Positions 12,646 through 25,287 of a DNA stretch of 33,490 bases are shown piece after piece. Numbering within the stretch: position 1 is the stretch's first letter; every line of letters starts with the position of its first letter. The notes under the pieces are model-generated. The model saw only the letters and a list, made by a program, of their open reading frames with translations. It was not told the origin of the DNA and made no database searches. A program made the position numbers and the translations under genes. The stretch comes from Ginkgo biloba (Eukaryota; Plantae; Ginkgophyta): assembly GCA_024626585.2 (NCBI GenBank), contig JANKJI020000004.1, positions 73,862,077 through 73,895,566 on the forward strand, read 5' to 3'.

Positions 12646-13628
12646 NNNNNNNNNNNNNNNNNNNNNNNNNNNNNNNNNNNNNNNNNNNNNNNNNNNNNNN
12701 NNNNNNNNNNNNNNNNNNNNNNNNNNNNNNNNNNNNNNNNNNNNNCTATTAATAAGATATCATTAACATATAATAATAAGATAAAAAAATGATCTCTAAC
12801 CTATTTAAAATATATACAGTGATCTTCTTTACTATGTATAAATTCAAGTCCCAATATATTTGTATCAAACTTTCCCTTGTAAATTTTACTAAAAAGAATA
12901 CCAAATATTACTTATCCATTCAAGCCAAATGATTGATCATAGACGTCTATACTATACTTCAAAAGTTAAAAACCTTATTTCTTTGGGGGAATAGAAGCCT
13001 CGATATACTATATTTAACCACAATTGTGCAATGTTTCTTGTGCATTATGCTATGCGAATCTAAAATCGAGTTAGAAGGTGCAAGTTGAACTACAACAATG
13101 CCCCTCCCATTGTTAGTAAGAAGCCCCTTCCTAAGCCAAAGAAGATGCCTATAGGAACTATATGCAAAGGCAAACAAGGTACTCTAAGAGGAGTAGACCT
13201 TCATAGTATGGGAGGGACCCCCAAGTGTTCATATCTCCTACCCAAGGAAGGACAAGTTGCCCTCCCTTTCTCTAGCCATCTTCCCCAAAAGGCATGGACG
13301 AGGGTCCACAGGAATGGACAACAACAATGAAAATCAAAAAGGGAATGGAGGGTTAATAATGTATCTAAGGCCCACATGCCCTCTAGTTTGGGCAATAATA
13401 ATGATGATCCTAAAACACATCCTCCATCATTACAAATGACTCAATAGCTTTATCTATTATGCTTTATGCATCTGATAATGATCCGAATTAGATCCAACAT
13501 TAAAAGACAATTGTCAAATTCAATTTCCCAATAGTAGGAAGCTCAACGGAGCTAAGCAACCTACAAAAATATTGTATAAGAATCAACTATAGTAGATGGC
13601 ATGGTCTAAGCAAAATTTATAAACAGGG

Positions 13629-14595
13629 TGCAAGGGTTAGAGACCCTCGCAGGATTTGGGCTTTGTACCCCGTGCAACCTTATCACCAATTTTTACTTTT
13701 AACATTTGAAACACTAGGCTTTTACTAATGAAAATAGCCAAGCATAGGAATGCATTGGCAAAAAATATCGACCAAGTCTAAAAAACACAAAATGAGTTGA
13801 TGCCAACTAAAGCAAAAGCTTATATTCAGACGACTTGTCCAAAACAATGTAGCATGCTAAGGCATCAAGCTTAAGGAATTAAGAAGTTCCATATATCTAG
13901 GCTTCAAAATCAAAACTCCGATTGGTGAAAGCTTATTGGTATGAAAAGGACAACTCAATGAAACTTTGACAAAAGTTGAAGTCCTATCAAGCAAAAATGA
14001 AAAATGGAAAAAGGCCCATAACTAACAAAGTGCCCTGATAATGTAATGAGGTAAAAGTGAAAATTGCAATAAGGGTCGACAATTCATTTTCTATTGCCAG
14101 CTGAGATTATCCAGGAAGATAAGCAATTAGGATTTTGTGGAAGCTCAACACCAAATGAAAAGAGCAAAAAGGCCTCCTAGCATAGTTAGGAAAAAATGCA
14201 AAATNNNNNNNNNNNNNNNNNNNNNNNNNNAAGAACTCGACATAGTGCTAGAGCACTCAAAGCCTCCAACGCTCTAGCTCAACTTCAATGTAAGTAGATT
14301 ACCATGTGGCAAGTATCCATGACAACTAGGGACAAGCCAAGAAGTTAGAATCAAACAATTTTATAACTACACTTGTTAAAGACAAGCATGCAACTAGTTG
14401 GAATGGAAATTGTAGCTTGAAGCATTACAAAAGCTCCATTGGACTCCAAAAGAGTGGGGATGGAGAAGTTCACTTTGAGTAGCCAAAGAAAATCAAATGG
14501 CTCAAAAAGTTGGTCGTAGAAAGTTCTCTTATTCTTTTTTCTCCTTCAAACTTCTTGTAAATACAGTGTCAGTTGACCCTCCTGTGGAGACAACA
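13629..14595 (+). mobile_element. Possible LTR-like segment
   Basis: TG start at 13629 and end ...gaccctcctgtggagacaaCA; no matching target-site duplication, so weak. Confidence 0.25.
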
Positions 14596-15049
14596 ACTTT
14601 GTGCACTATGATAAGCAAATCCCTTCATGGGATATAAAGCTCTATAATTTTGTGGACATATACTTCAATTTGAAATTTGATGCAAAAACTCTACAAAGCA
14701 TCTTATTTTGTTTTAAATGAAATCAATCTTGTTCTTATAATAGTAGCTTACGAATATGAATATGAATTGTTGTAAATTGCTTTCATCGTAAATATAGTAA
14801 GCTCTAGATTGGGTAATTGCACCTCTAGGATTTTTCCTTCTTTGAGGACTCTTTCCCTTGGGACTAATTTAGTACTTTTAAAGCTTGTTGATGTGTCCCA
14901 AGGATCGTATATCCTATACCTGTGTATATGCCAGGGTTGTAGATGATATGGATTTGTTGTAACTCTACCCTACTTTTATTACAAACTAATTCATTTTATC
15001 TATTGAAAACAACCTTACAATAAAATTCATGTATTATTTTCATCATTCT

Positions 15050-16750
15050 CAAGACTTGAATATCTACAATTTGCAATGTTAGTGGTATGCTCTTCCCACT
15101 TGAGATGCTTTCTCCTCAAAGTATGGTCTCTTTGATGAATGGGTATTTCTCCAAAATAGTAACATTTTCTTATGTAGTGCAGTTGTTCTAACAATTTGAA
15201 AAAGTGATTTCACTTAATTAGGTATTACCAAATAGTCTAGGACTATACCTATTGTGTAAAAACTTGTTAAGGTTGCTCCTATGACCAATGTCAATTTGTT
15301 GACTTCATCTGACATGAATATTCTATTTGAATGCACATACCTCTACCCTACTTTCTTTCAAGACGAGATATGGATTGCATTATGCCATTTAGTGCCATCT
15401 TATAGATCTCAAACATATGCAACTTGCTCCACCTTCCAATGAATAAGATAGGGTTAATAATAATATGGATTGAGTTTCTCCTCCTTGTTCTGCTTTGAGG
15501 GTTGTTTGTTTGTATGATTGAAGACATAAACGCAATTATTAATGAATCCTTTCCAGTTCTCCCTACCCAACAACTTGTTACATCCTATCGTTGCACTAGT
15601 AAGGCATTCTTTCATGGATCCATAATAGTGAGATTCTTGTAAGTAGTCATCAACAGTAGGTATCTTTATGGGAGGGTACTAATCTAATCCTTGAATTGAG
15701 TTGGTCCTAGTCCAATACTCATACTTGACTCGGTTTAAACACATATAATGCTTTCAAAGGTGACACTTGGTTCAAACTCCATTCCCTTCCCAGAGAAAAG
15801 ATTGTTTGGTCTTAAGATATGTCAAAGAAGCCACGTGTCCAACCATGGGTATGGCATATCATTCCTTAACCAATTTCTAAAATCTTGACTTGAACTGAAG
15901 CAAATTCTTCCTTTATGTCCAATGGTATCATTGTTACATTAATACTAACCTTGCTCCCCTAGAACATTTCTCAAGCCAAATGACACATTACTCTAAACTG
16001 ATAATGTCCTTCATGTGTTCTACATGCAGTTTTCAATGTTTCCTCTATATTGCCCTAATTCTTTTAGTAGTGGGCTCCAGATATTTCATCATGTAGCTTA
16101 ATAATTTTGGGAATGGGATATCTATTTTTACTGGTTACATTGTTTAATGCATGGTGCTCAATGCATATTTGAATAAATCATTCTTTTTCACATAATGCAA
16201 TGCCAAGAGCAAGGAAAGGGATGTTTGCTTGTTTGAGTGGCTCCTCATTTCAAGAATTCATAAACAATGGTGCAATGGCTCCTAGTTCTAAGAATTCATG
16301 AACAATTGGATACATTTCATTTTCATGGTGATGGGAATGCTAATATGGTCTAATCATTATTGAAGTTGCCCCAACTTCTAGTTCAATGATGTGCTCCGCC
16401 TCTCGACAAGGTGGTAACATCGTTTGAAATTGCAAGAACACATTATGTTTGCTAAGCATTTCTTGCATCTGGCTACTTTTGGGGTTTGGGGGTTGTATAG
16501 GATTACCTCCTATTGATGGAAAAAATTATCAGTGATGCTTAGCTGGAAATGAATCTCAATTAAATATTTATTACAATAGATGTACCATTAGAGTACTACT
16601 TTGGTATTAAATTGAAATGAGGTGGCTAACACTTACTCTATTGGTTGTGAGCATTGACAATGATTTCTAACTAGGCAGTTTTCCACCAACACTATAACTA
16701 ACCCTTAAGGTTGAAGAGATCTATTAAGCCTTAAACATTGGGTGAATAGT
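15050..16750 (-). mobile_element. Internally deleted chromovirus-type Ty3/gypsy pol remnant
   Basis: EHIIELEVGATSIMIRPY; RT start CIEHHALNNVTSKNRYPIPKI; integrase HH region PMVGH; C-terminal KLNPYYY*PYLIHWKVEQVAY...HNAIHIS; chromodomain-like YLIK. Confidence 0.75.
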
Positions 16751-18689
16751 CGTGTTTCCTTTATGGTTAGAGTGCCTCATTGATCTTCTATAAGATTTAT
16801 AACCACTAACCCTAATAAGTATTCTAATACAAAGGAAATATTAACAAGGTTAATGTAAATAGATATAATAGTGTTAATTAAGATACTAAGATAATCATCC
16901 TAATTATCACTATAAATACATAAGGAAATTGAACATAAAAGCACACTTAATAACCAAAATATATTCATAATTCAAAGCAAAATATATTGAAAGACAAATA
17001 CATAATAAGTATGATACACTTCTAATCAACACATGACAACAATAGCAATAATAATATACAAAAAAAGAAATATCACATAAAAATCCTCACAAACCATATT
17101 ATATTTGCCAAAAGATCACTTATAGAATTACAAGTCACTTAAAAGGGGAAAAATCCTTAGAGAAAATATTAATTNNNNNNNNNNNNNNNNNNNNNNNNNN
17201 NNNNNNNNNNNNNNNNNNNNNNNNNNNNNNNNNNNNNNNNNNNNNNNNNNNNNNNNNNNNNNNNNNNNNNNNNNTCATGTCGTTTGCCCCACCTTTGCCA
17301 TAATTTTTTCGATATTCCATATAAATTGTTAGTGTACAACTTGTATGTAAATCATTATTCAATATTCCATCTTATTTGTTCTTTGAACTTTTGTCAGTTT
17401 TTGTGTATTTACAAACATTCAAATGAACTCAATTGTGCTACAATGTAGCAACTAACTAGCGATGGGTGAAATATACTAAGCACACTTCCCTTCTTAAAAT
17501 TTTAGCATTAAAAGTTTTTGCTAGATTAGTAGTTGAATTAGATCTTTGGGTTGGAGGACCTAGACGTTTGTTCTTATCTGTATTTAATCCTCCAATGAAT
17601 AATCCAACGTCAATACTGTTGAAAGTTTGGTACCCTTCACAAGAGCTTTTGGAATGCATTGACAAATCTTCTAACAATCTTCTTCCTTGCAACCTATAGA
17701 GGTCCACAAAGTAGTTTGTGAATTCCTCACATGTTTTTGGGTTGATTATTGACTCCTACTCCTATGCACCCATTTCCGACCAACCATAGGCTCCTTTCAA
17801 CATGTGGACTACAACAAAGTATATTTTCTCTATCTTCTTATGTTAGATGCTGCATCGTGAAATAGAACTCCAATTTTCATGGCCATATGCCAACAAGAAA
17901 GTTCCCTAATCCATCGAATTGAGGTACATCCTCCTCCTTGCATAGTAGACGCTAGTGTGAACCACAACTTTCAAACTTCCACATGCTTCCTTAATCATGT
18001 CTTTTATTGTTTATGTGCTTACATGACTCCATTTTTGTGATTTCTCCTATAAAATTGCTATACCTATTACCCTTGTCACTCTTATCCTTATGTCTTCTTA
18101 TTTTTATTTAAATTAAAATTAAATACTTCTCAAAATAATGTATATAGTGTAAATACTTATCATCAATAATACCAACTTTTTTCCTTTTATATTTATTTAT
18201 TCATTAAGCGAGTTGGCCCTCTAAATAGTGGAGGAAGTTCATCTTCCCTTTTGTTGTAATTCTTGTGATACCATTACCCATGGGCAATCTAGTAAAAGTC
18301 ATTTTCTTCACTAGTACATAAAAATTTGATCAACGTAACTAGTGAACATACTAGGGAACTAATGATCAGTTTGGTACATATTTGATTGTTTAATATGGTT
18401 GAATGAAGAAAACCATATACTAGGTCAGACAAAGATAAAGTCATTTTGGAACAATCCTTTTTGGTGCCAAAATAATAAAGTTTTGTTGGTTTTGAAACTC
18501 CTATAATCGAAGTCTTTATTTTCATTTTCCCTCCTGGTAGCCCAATTTCTCTTTCTTCTTTTTCATCTCCATCCTTATGTAGATTAAGGTTTCTACCTTC
18601 CACTCCATCAAATATTTGAACTTCTCTATTTTTAAGAATTCCTTCTCTCCCACCTCTTGTTTGAATTCCACCTTCCTAGACTCCTCCAA

Positions 18690-20036
18690 CACAAAGGGAA
18701 ACTCCTGGGATTACAATTGGACCCCTCAATTTAGGATCCAATATTCACTCCCTACCTATAATATCACATGATTATGTGCATAATTTCAAGGGAGACAGTT
18801 AAATCACTCCTAAACATAATTTGGACTTTTCTCAAAGGCCTATATCATATTAGAAGTAACCTCAAATAATTTTTTTATAAGATTTCTTCTACATACATTT
18901 AAAGATAAATCATTGATCTGGTTTGATTCCTTGGTGGCGAAATCCATCATAGATTCTGTTGGATTGAATTCTCAATTCAAAGGATATAGTACCCCAATCA
19001 ATAATCATTCCCTATTGAAGACTTAACAACAATATCCAAAGGAGAAGAGGAGTAATTCAAAGACTTTAACCTAAGGTTTGAAAAGGTGAAGGGAAATATT
19101 ATGGTGACATTGAGAATGATATATGATGAGGTAAATGCTCAAAGATAAGGTCATTAACAATATGTATGATTAAATGACTACCATAAGAACTATAGAAAAT
19201 AATCTAGTGAAATTTTGCAATAAAGTTGGCATGTCCTTTACTCCTGCAAAGGAAAAAAAGAGTAGTTTACCATCGATATCTTAAGCACTTGAAACCTTGA
19301 TATTTATTCAAAATATCAATAATAATATTACTTCATTGAATAAATAAGTAGGTGAGAATAGAATATGATCCTATCAACCAAATTAGAATTGATTCTAGGC
19401 TCAAAATGAATAAGCAATGCCAAGGCTACCTTTTCCACCTACCAATGTTGATCCTTGTTATTGTAGTTTGTTTTCAAGAGGATCATCTAGAAGAAACCTA
19501 TTCCAACTTATTAATATATAATGAGTTAACAATAAATTCAGTTGAAATAATAGATATGAGTAGTTCCAATGCTAATTCCATATTTGCAACTAGTTGTAGT
19601 CAATCTAATCTGGTTAATCTAGAAAGAGATAATGAGGAAGAAGTACTGGGAGAAATTCTTGTCCAAACCAAAAGTAAGACCTAATATTCTCAGGAAAAAA
19701 ATGATGTGCAAGGTAAACCTTATACATATGGATACTATAATACCAAGAATAATCCCCCAATATAACAATGATCATCCCAACTCAAGAGAATTGAGAGAAC
19801 CCCTTCTATTGAATACAATATAGTAAATGATATGGATAAGTACCATGTTAGAATGACTTTGCTAAATTCTTTGAAGACCCTGAACTAGATGAAAAATCTA
19901 AAGGGAGTATTAGCCAATAATATTATAACCCTAATCATTGTACTTATGAGGAAGCTAGTTCCATAGGTTCCCTACAATATTCCATTTTATGTCTCTCTGA
20001 GAATAAATAATCATGTGTTGTAAAACTACATGATAA
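18690..20036 (+). mobile_element. Decayed Ty3/gypsy gag to protease start (Tat-like)
   Basis: NFKGD, RFLLHTFKDKSLIWFDSL, FKDFNLRFEK gag-like motifs; PFYVSLRINNHVL*NYMI protease start runs into the gap. Confidence 0.7.
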
Positions 20037-21149
20037 NNNNNNNNNNNNNNNNNNNNNNNNNNNNNNNNNNNNNNNNNNNNNNNNNNNNNNNNNNNNNNNN
20101 NNNNNNNNNNNNNNNNNNNNNNNNNNNNNNNNNNNNACTTTCTACTACAAAAACCAAAAAGATCTTAAAACTAATGACCTCCCTACTCTTAAGACTTCTG
20201 GAACCATAAAAATCCAAACCTTATGCATCAAAATTTTCTCCTTTTGTAGATGACTGAAAAATTCTTATCTAGAGGCCCCTCAAGCCTCCATGACATCTTG
20301 ATGGTATTTCTCCTCATTAAATCAAATTTCCCACTAATGTGATCAATTATACGCAGGCATGGGCCCCCTTCCTTGAACGTCTTTAATTTTGGTATGTACT
20401 AAGGCTACTTATGATTCTGAGTAGGTGAGGAGTCACTCTCATCTTTACCTTGGCTTTCCTACACCAAATTAATTAATGGTGAGCTTCTCTACACATAATC
20501 TATCATTGCATGTAAGAAAAATATAATAAAAAACACTAAGGGTAGCCTACAAAAACATATGCATAGTGTCTTTGAACACCATTGCTACACATGATAAGAT
20601 CGCATCATTTTTGGAGCTCACTCTTCTTATTTGGCACTACACCCCCCCGTCCCCCCCCCCACTTTCTTCCTTGTGAAAATTTGGTCCCTCCCTTAAGAAC
20701 TCATGCAATCATGACACATGGCGTGAAACCTGGGAATCTCAAATCCGATGCTTTTGACTTTTGTTTTTTCAAATTTACCCATGTTCTTGCTCAATTTTCG
20801 TATCATCAATTTTATCACTTGATATAGAATTCTGAGGTTCAAGAGAATCTATTAGACCACCATCCATATTGCTCCTATAAATTAATTTAATGGTTTGGGT
20901 CCAACTCAACTAACTTCAACAAGGCAAGGGTCGCATGTTTACTGATAGAACTAGAGCCACATCAAGAGGGAGTCAATAATCATAGACTATCAATTTTAAG
21001 TGAGACTTTAGACAATTATTTTAATTATTTTTTATTCCTAAGCAAATAGCATTGCCAATAAGAGAGGATAAAAATGAATTTATCGAAGATGCCAAATATA
21101 TTAGTTAGACAACAACTAACATAAACACATCTAGTTTAAGTTGTTTACC

Positions 21150-22300
21150 AATTTCATTTTTTATTGTTGCACAACAAGCTAAATCGCTTATGACCTTTTT
21201 ATCCTCATGCTACCCTTTGAACACTACAAACATGCTTGTTATCAACTAAATCCACACAAAGGCAAAATGACCTTGCCAAAGTTGAACCTCCTTGAGCTTG
21301 CTAAATTTCTATCCTTCGTAATCATACTGTGCTTCTTCATCATGCACACAACCACCAAATTGTTTACAAATCGTGGAGGCACCACATTCGAGTAGAGCTT
21401 ATTGATTCCTTAAGAAAAAAGATAAATTGCTCGCATACCATATGTGTAGCAACCTAAGAGAAATCTATTCTAATGGCAAAAACTATTGTGCAAAGAAGCA
21501 TTGATGTGCTTACCAAAGGGTTGTGGACGATAGACAAATCAAGCAGGAGTGAAGGTTGTAATCAATTCATGACAGAGAAGACATGGTTGATATGACTGAA
21601 ATAAAATTTTATGTTGNNNNNNNNNNNNNNNNNNNNNNNNNNNNNNNNNNNNNNNNNNNNNNNNNNNNNNNNNNNNNNNNNNNNNNNNNNNNNNNNNNNN
21701 NNNNNNNNNNNNNNNNTCTTTTCAGTATTACATGCCTTGCACTCCCATTTGTTGTTATTTACTTTGATGCACATCAAAATTTCATAGACCATTTACGCTT
21801 ATTAGTTAACATTAAGCCTCTATCTACAATTTGCCTACTTCTCCCCACCCCCATTATTTCCAATGCCTCTATGGATCTCCCAAAGAGTGAAATAAAAAGG
21901 CTAGTTGGGAATGAATCCTACAAAACACAATTACATGGATCTTACCTTTTATACCTCCCTCTCCAAAGTTTTTTTACTTTGTGCATTTTCTCAACTCACG
22001 AATGGTAATATTAATCTCCTCATGTATGTGCACTTTCATGTCACATGGTTGGAGATTCTCCATGGATAATCCAAGATCTACTCTCATCAACTTCACATGG
22101 GCATCCAAAATTACATCAATAAAGATCTCCCCATAGCATTGAGTAGAATTTGAGACAAAGAAGAAATTCATCCTTCGTTGCCCAATTTACTAGGACGTAA
22201 GAGCCAAATAATATTTTGCTTATTCATTGACTTGAGAGTTTGTCTAACCACCTTTGTTTCTTGTCATCCAAAGGCGTGTGACCCTTTTTCTCATGGAGCT
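21150..22300 (-). mobile_element. Probable Ty1/copia remnant (protease, pre-integrase, integrase)
   Basis: SWIIH...SNHVT (cf. WIIDSGASNHMT), ECKACNTEK (cf. pre-integrase CxxC) and KGHK (cf. KGYK), in copia order; very degenerate. Confidence 0.4.
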
Positions 22301-23454
22301 CTTGCTCTACAAAGGTGCAATCTAAGCAACTAAATCTAAAGGACTATGGACACGCAAAGTATGGTCACACAATTCCTCCAACATTTGTCATCTAATTGTA
22401 GACAATTAACACCCCTGAAATCACACAACACTCATCAAGTAACTAGACAATATCAACAACTCAATCACTAAGAAAAGCACCTCACAGTCTTAACAAGAAT
22501 GGAAGACATTTGACAACCAGTACTAGAGCAATACCTCAAACACCTAGAGTTCTAGAGCAAGTGACCACTAACAATTTCTTTACACATATTAATGATGCCC
22601 TCACCCTTGTATAGTGGGATAGCATTTTCACTAGAGCAATAGAAAGGTGGCATTAAAGTTGGGCAGAGAGGCCACATAACAAGTTCTACTTAGGATGACA
22701 CTAACCTTTGAACTAACACTAGGTCACTTTATCGTTGTCAATAATGGAAACAAGGAAAACATACAAGGCCATCATACAACATAAATATAAAGATAAAGAT
22801 AAGCAAATGTAGAATGGAGATGTTTTAGAGGCACTACACATCCATGTTTTTCCCTATGATGCATTGTTGACCCTATCTTGGATTTAGAGTGATAGGGGCA
22901 AGCAAGCAAACAATTGGTAACAGACAGAGAGCCAAAAGAGATCGCTCGGCAAGCCTTTCTGACAATTCTTTTATGTTAAGAAGATGACATTAAATTGTCA
23001 ACTTGGGTTTGTAACTTTACACAATAAAAGAAAAGTAGAATTTCATCTATCATCAATGTTGAAGTTGTGGAAAAGGAAATAAAATGTTGAATCTAATATG
23101 ATGAAACAATTACTTGAATGGAAATTTCGAATTGAAGTAAGGAAATAAAACAAAATGAAACAACATATTGAAGGAAATCCAAACTAACTCTGCAACTACA
23201 ACAGAAAATAAAGATCCTATGTATAAGGTTGATCAATACTTGGTGCTAGATGGGGATCCTTCCATCCAACGCGCAACAAAGTCAGCTAGATCACTCTTCT
23301 GATTGTAACCTTTCAAAAGAAAAATCGCATGTTTGATTCATTGATTTCGACATCTTTATATGTTGTAAATGGATTGGAAATCCAACAGTCCTCAACAGAT
23401 TACAACAGCTAGAAAAGCAATTGGTTGTTTAGAATTAATTAAACTTACACAAGT

Positions 23455-23923
23455 CATGTAGGTAGCTACCTCCAGCATCAATGCAAATAGCCAACCTACA
23501 AGCTTAGTGCAAGCACACCAATCTACCCTCACCACCAGTGTCGGTGGCTATCGCATGAACTAAGCCACCTAAACCATCGCTGCAAGTAGCTACTTTCAAA
23601 GAAAATGCAAGAAGACTACACATACCAAACTAATCACATAAGCTAGACTACCTACAATGTCACTGCAAGTAGCCATTTACATAAGTTAAGCTGCCAACAT
23701 CATCACTACAAGTAGGCTACCCCCACCGAAGGTGAAGGTGGCTATTTACACAAGCTAAGCTACCTACACCCTTGCTACAGGTACCTACTTGCATATGAAG
23801 TGCAAGTCGGCTACCTACACCTTATAGGCGCAAGTATCTTATTAGTAGTCTATCTACACTATCAGTGTAAGTAGCCATTTTCATGATGTAAAGCCACCTT
23901 CATTACCTGTACAAGTAGGATTA
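23455..23923. repeat. Degenerate minisatellite-like array (tgcaagtagc / gctacctaca motifs)
   Basis: Recurrent caagtagc(t/c)a and ctacctaca variants every ~20-45 nt, running into a long N-gap. Confidence 0.7.
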
Positions 23924-24801
23924 ANNNNNNNNNNNNNNNNNNNNNNNNNNNNNNNNNNNNNNNNNNNNNNNNNNNNNNNNNNNNNNNNNNNNNNNNNNNN
24001 NNNNNNNNNNNNNNNNNNNNNNNNNNNNNNNNNNNNNNNNNNNNNNNNNNNNNNNNNNNNNNNNNNNNNNNNNNNNNNNNNNNNNNNNNNNNNNNNNNNN
24101 NNNNNNNNNNNNNNNNNNNNNNNNNNNNNNNNNNNNNNNNNNNNNNNNNNNNNNNNNNNNNNNNNNNNNNNNNNNNNNNNNNNNNNNNNNNNNNNNNNNN
24201 NNNNNNNNNNNNNNNNNNNNNNNNNNNNNNNNNNNNNNNNNNNNNNNNNNNNNNNNNNNNNNNNNNNNNNNNNNNNNNNNNNNNNNNNNNNNNNNNNNNN
24301 NNNNNNNNNNNNNNNNNNNNNNNNNNNNNNNNNNNNNNNNNNNNNNNNNNNNNNNNNNNNNNNNNNNNNNNNNNNNNNNNNNNNNNNNNNNNNNNNNNNN
24401 NNNNNNNNNNNNNNNNNNNNNNNNNNNNNNNNNNNNNNNNNNNNNNNNNNNNNNNNNNNNNNNNNNNNNNNNNNNNNNNNNNNNNNNNNNNNNNNNNNNN
24501 NNATAATTATAGCATGCACGAGTCCAGAACCAACAAAAAGGTTAAACTATGCATTCCAAGACGGGCAAAACTAGCCATGACAGCTTTTGAAGGGGGTGCA
24601 TAAACTTCAAACATGGAAATTAAAGAGCTGGGCAGAAACATCATTGTGGACATGAACTTTACGGTTAATTGTATTTACATTCTCAAGGTTTCACGGAAAT
24701 TACATATATTGNNNNNNNNNNNNNNNNNNNAGATTGCTTTTATTATGGTCATTGGGACCAATACAACATCTCTGGCCTTGTGAATGAAAGGCACATCCAG
24801 C

Positions 24802-24816
24802 TGTGTGTGCATGTGC

Positions 24817-24852
<36 letters not shown>
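24802..24852. repeat. Compound (TG)n(GA)n microsatellite
   Basis: tgtgtg...gtgtgtgagagagagagagaga, about 20 nt into the intron after the FDGR donor. Confidence 0.95.
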
Positions 24853-24872
24853 AAGAGTTGTTAAATTTGTAC

Positions 24873-25287
24873 CTTCCATCAAACATATAAGCAAGAGCTA
24901 AAGCAGCCATGAAGCGAGCCATCTTTGATCCAGAAGAGGAACAAAGATGCACAAGAGCTGGAACTCCTCCCTCTTCAACTATACGCCAAGCATTACCTGC
25001 ATTGAATGCAAGATTCCATAATGCTCCAACAGTTGTCTCATGGACATCTTCAACATCAAAACGAGCTAATGCAATTAGGGGAGAAAGACCTCCTTCTTAT
25101 CCAATAGCAATGCTTTTATACAAATAATCGCCACAACGCACCAACATCCCTTTCTTGAAGACCATATGATGTATTTCCATAATTTTGTGCAAGAGCAACC
25201 AAGGCTTCAACACCACCAGCTGCAGCAATTGCTTCACGATTTCTGTCATCAAATGACAAATTCCATAATGCTCCAGCTGCTTCCTGC
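24873..25287 (-). CDS. ARABIDILLO: ARABIDILLO-like ARM-repeat exon block; as assembled it is disrupted by a frameshift near 25115-25118 and a TAA at 25097-25099
   Basis: Acceptor tttcag|G CAG GAA at 25287 and donor GGA AG|gtacaa at 24873; RQEAAGALWNLSFDDRNREAIAAAGGVEAL...DVHET..GALWNLAFNAGNAWRIVEEGGVPALVHLCSSSGSKMARFMAALALAYMFDGR. Confidence 0.88.
25028..25199 (-). pseudogene. Degenerate, intron-less (processed-pseudogene-like) patch inside the ARM exon block
   Basis: Reads VALAQNYGNTSYGLQERDVGALWRLFV[net -8 nt]SIAIG*EGGLSPLIALARFDVEDVHETTV against the recalled consensus QERAAGALWGLSVSEANSIAIGREGGV.PLIALARS.AEDVHETAA. Confidence 0.7.

Larger units (their letters stand above)
1188..25287 (-). 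other. ARABIDILLO: ARABIDILLO-like (F-box/LRR/ARM-repeat) gene, 3' portion; upstream exons lie beyond the right edge of the window
   Basis: Four collinear minus-strand exon blocks translate to the recognisable ARABIDILLO C-terminus (RQEAAGALWNLSFDDRNRE...KMARFMAALALAYMFDGR / ...EAGHLRCS / GAEVGRF...CAAFALLQ / FTMPGGRHAMHH...IVLRNLEH), with compatible splice phases wherever borders are visible. Confidence 0.93.

Noticed and set aside
17460-17540. WVKYTKHTSLLKILALKVF resembling a hAT dimerisation motif
   Set aside because: The downstream ERxWS/FS motif is missing; too short to support.
20642-20660. C-run / potential G-quadruplex on the minus strand
   Set aside because: Simple homopolymer run in repeat-like DNA; no supporting context.
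23455-23923. CRISPR-like repeat/spacer array
   Set aside because: Eukaryotic context, non-identical repeats, irregular spacing, no cas genes.
25048-25217. Rescue of the disrupted exon by splicing out the lesions as an exitron
   Set aside because: TTG|GT to GAAG| is out of frame. The in-frame G|GTGGT donor is weak, the acceptor is poor, and more than one ARM repeat would be lost.
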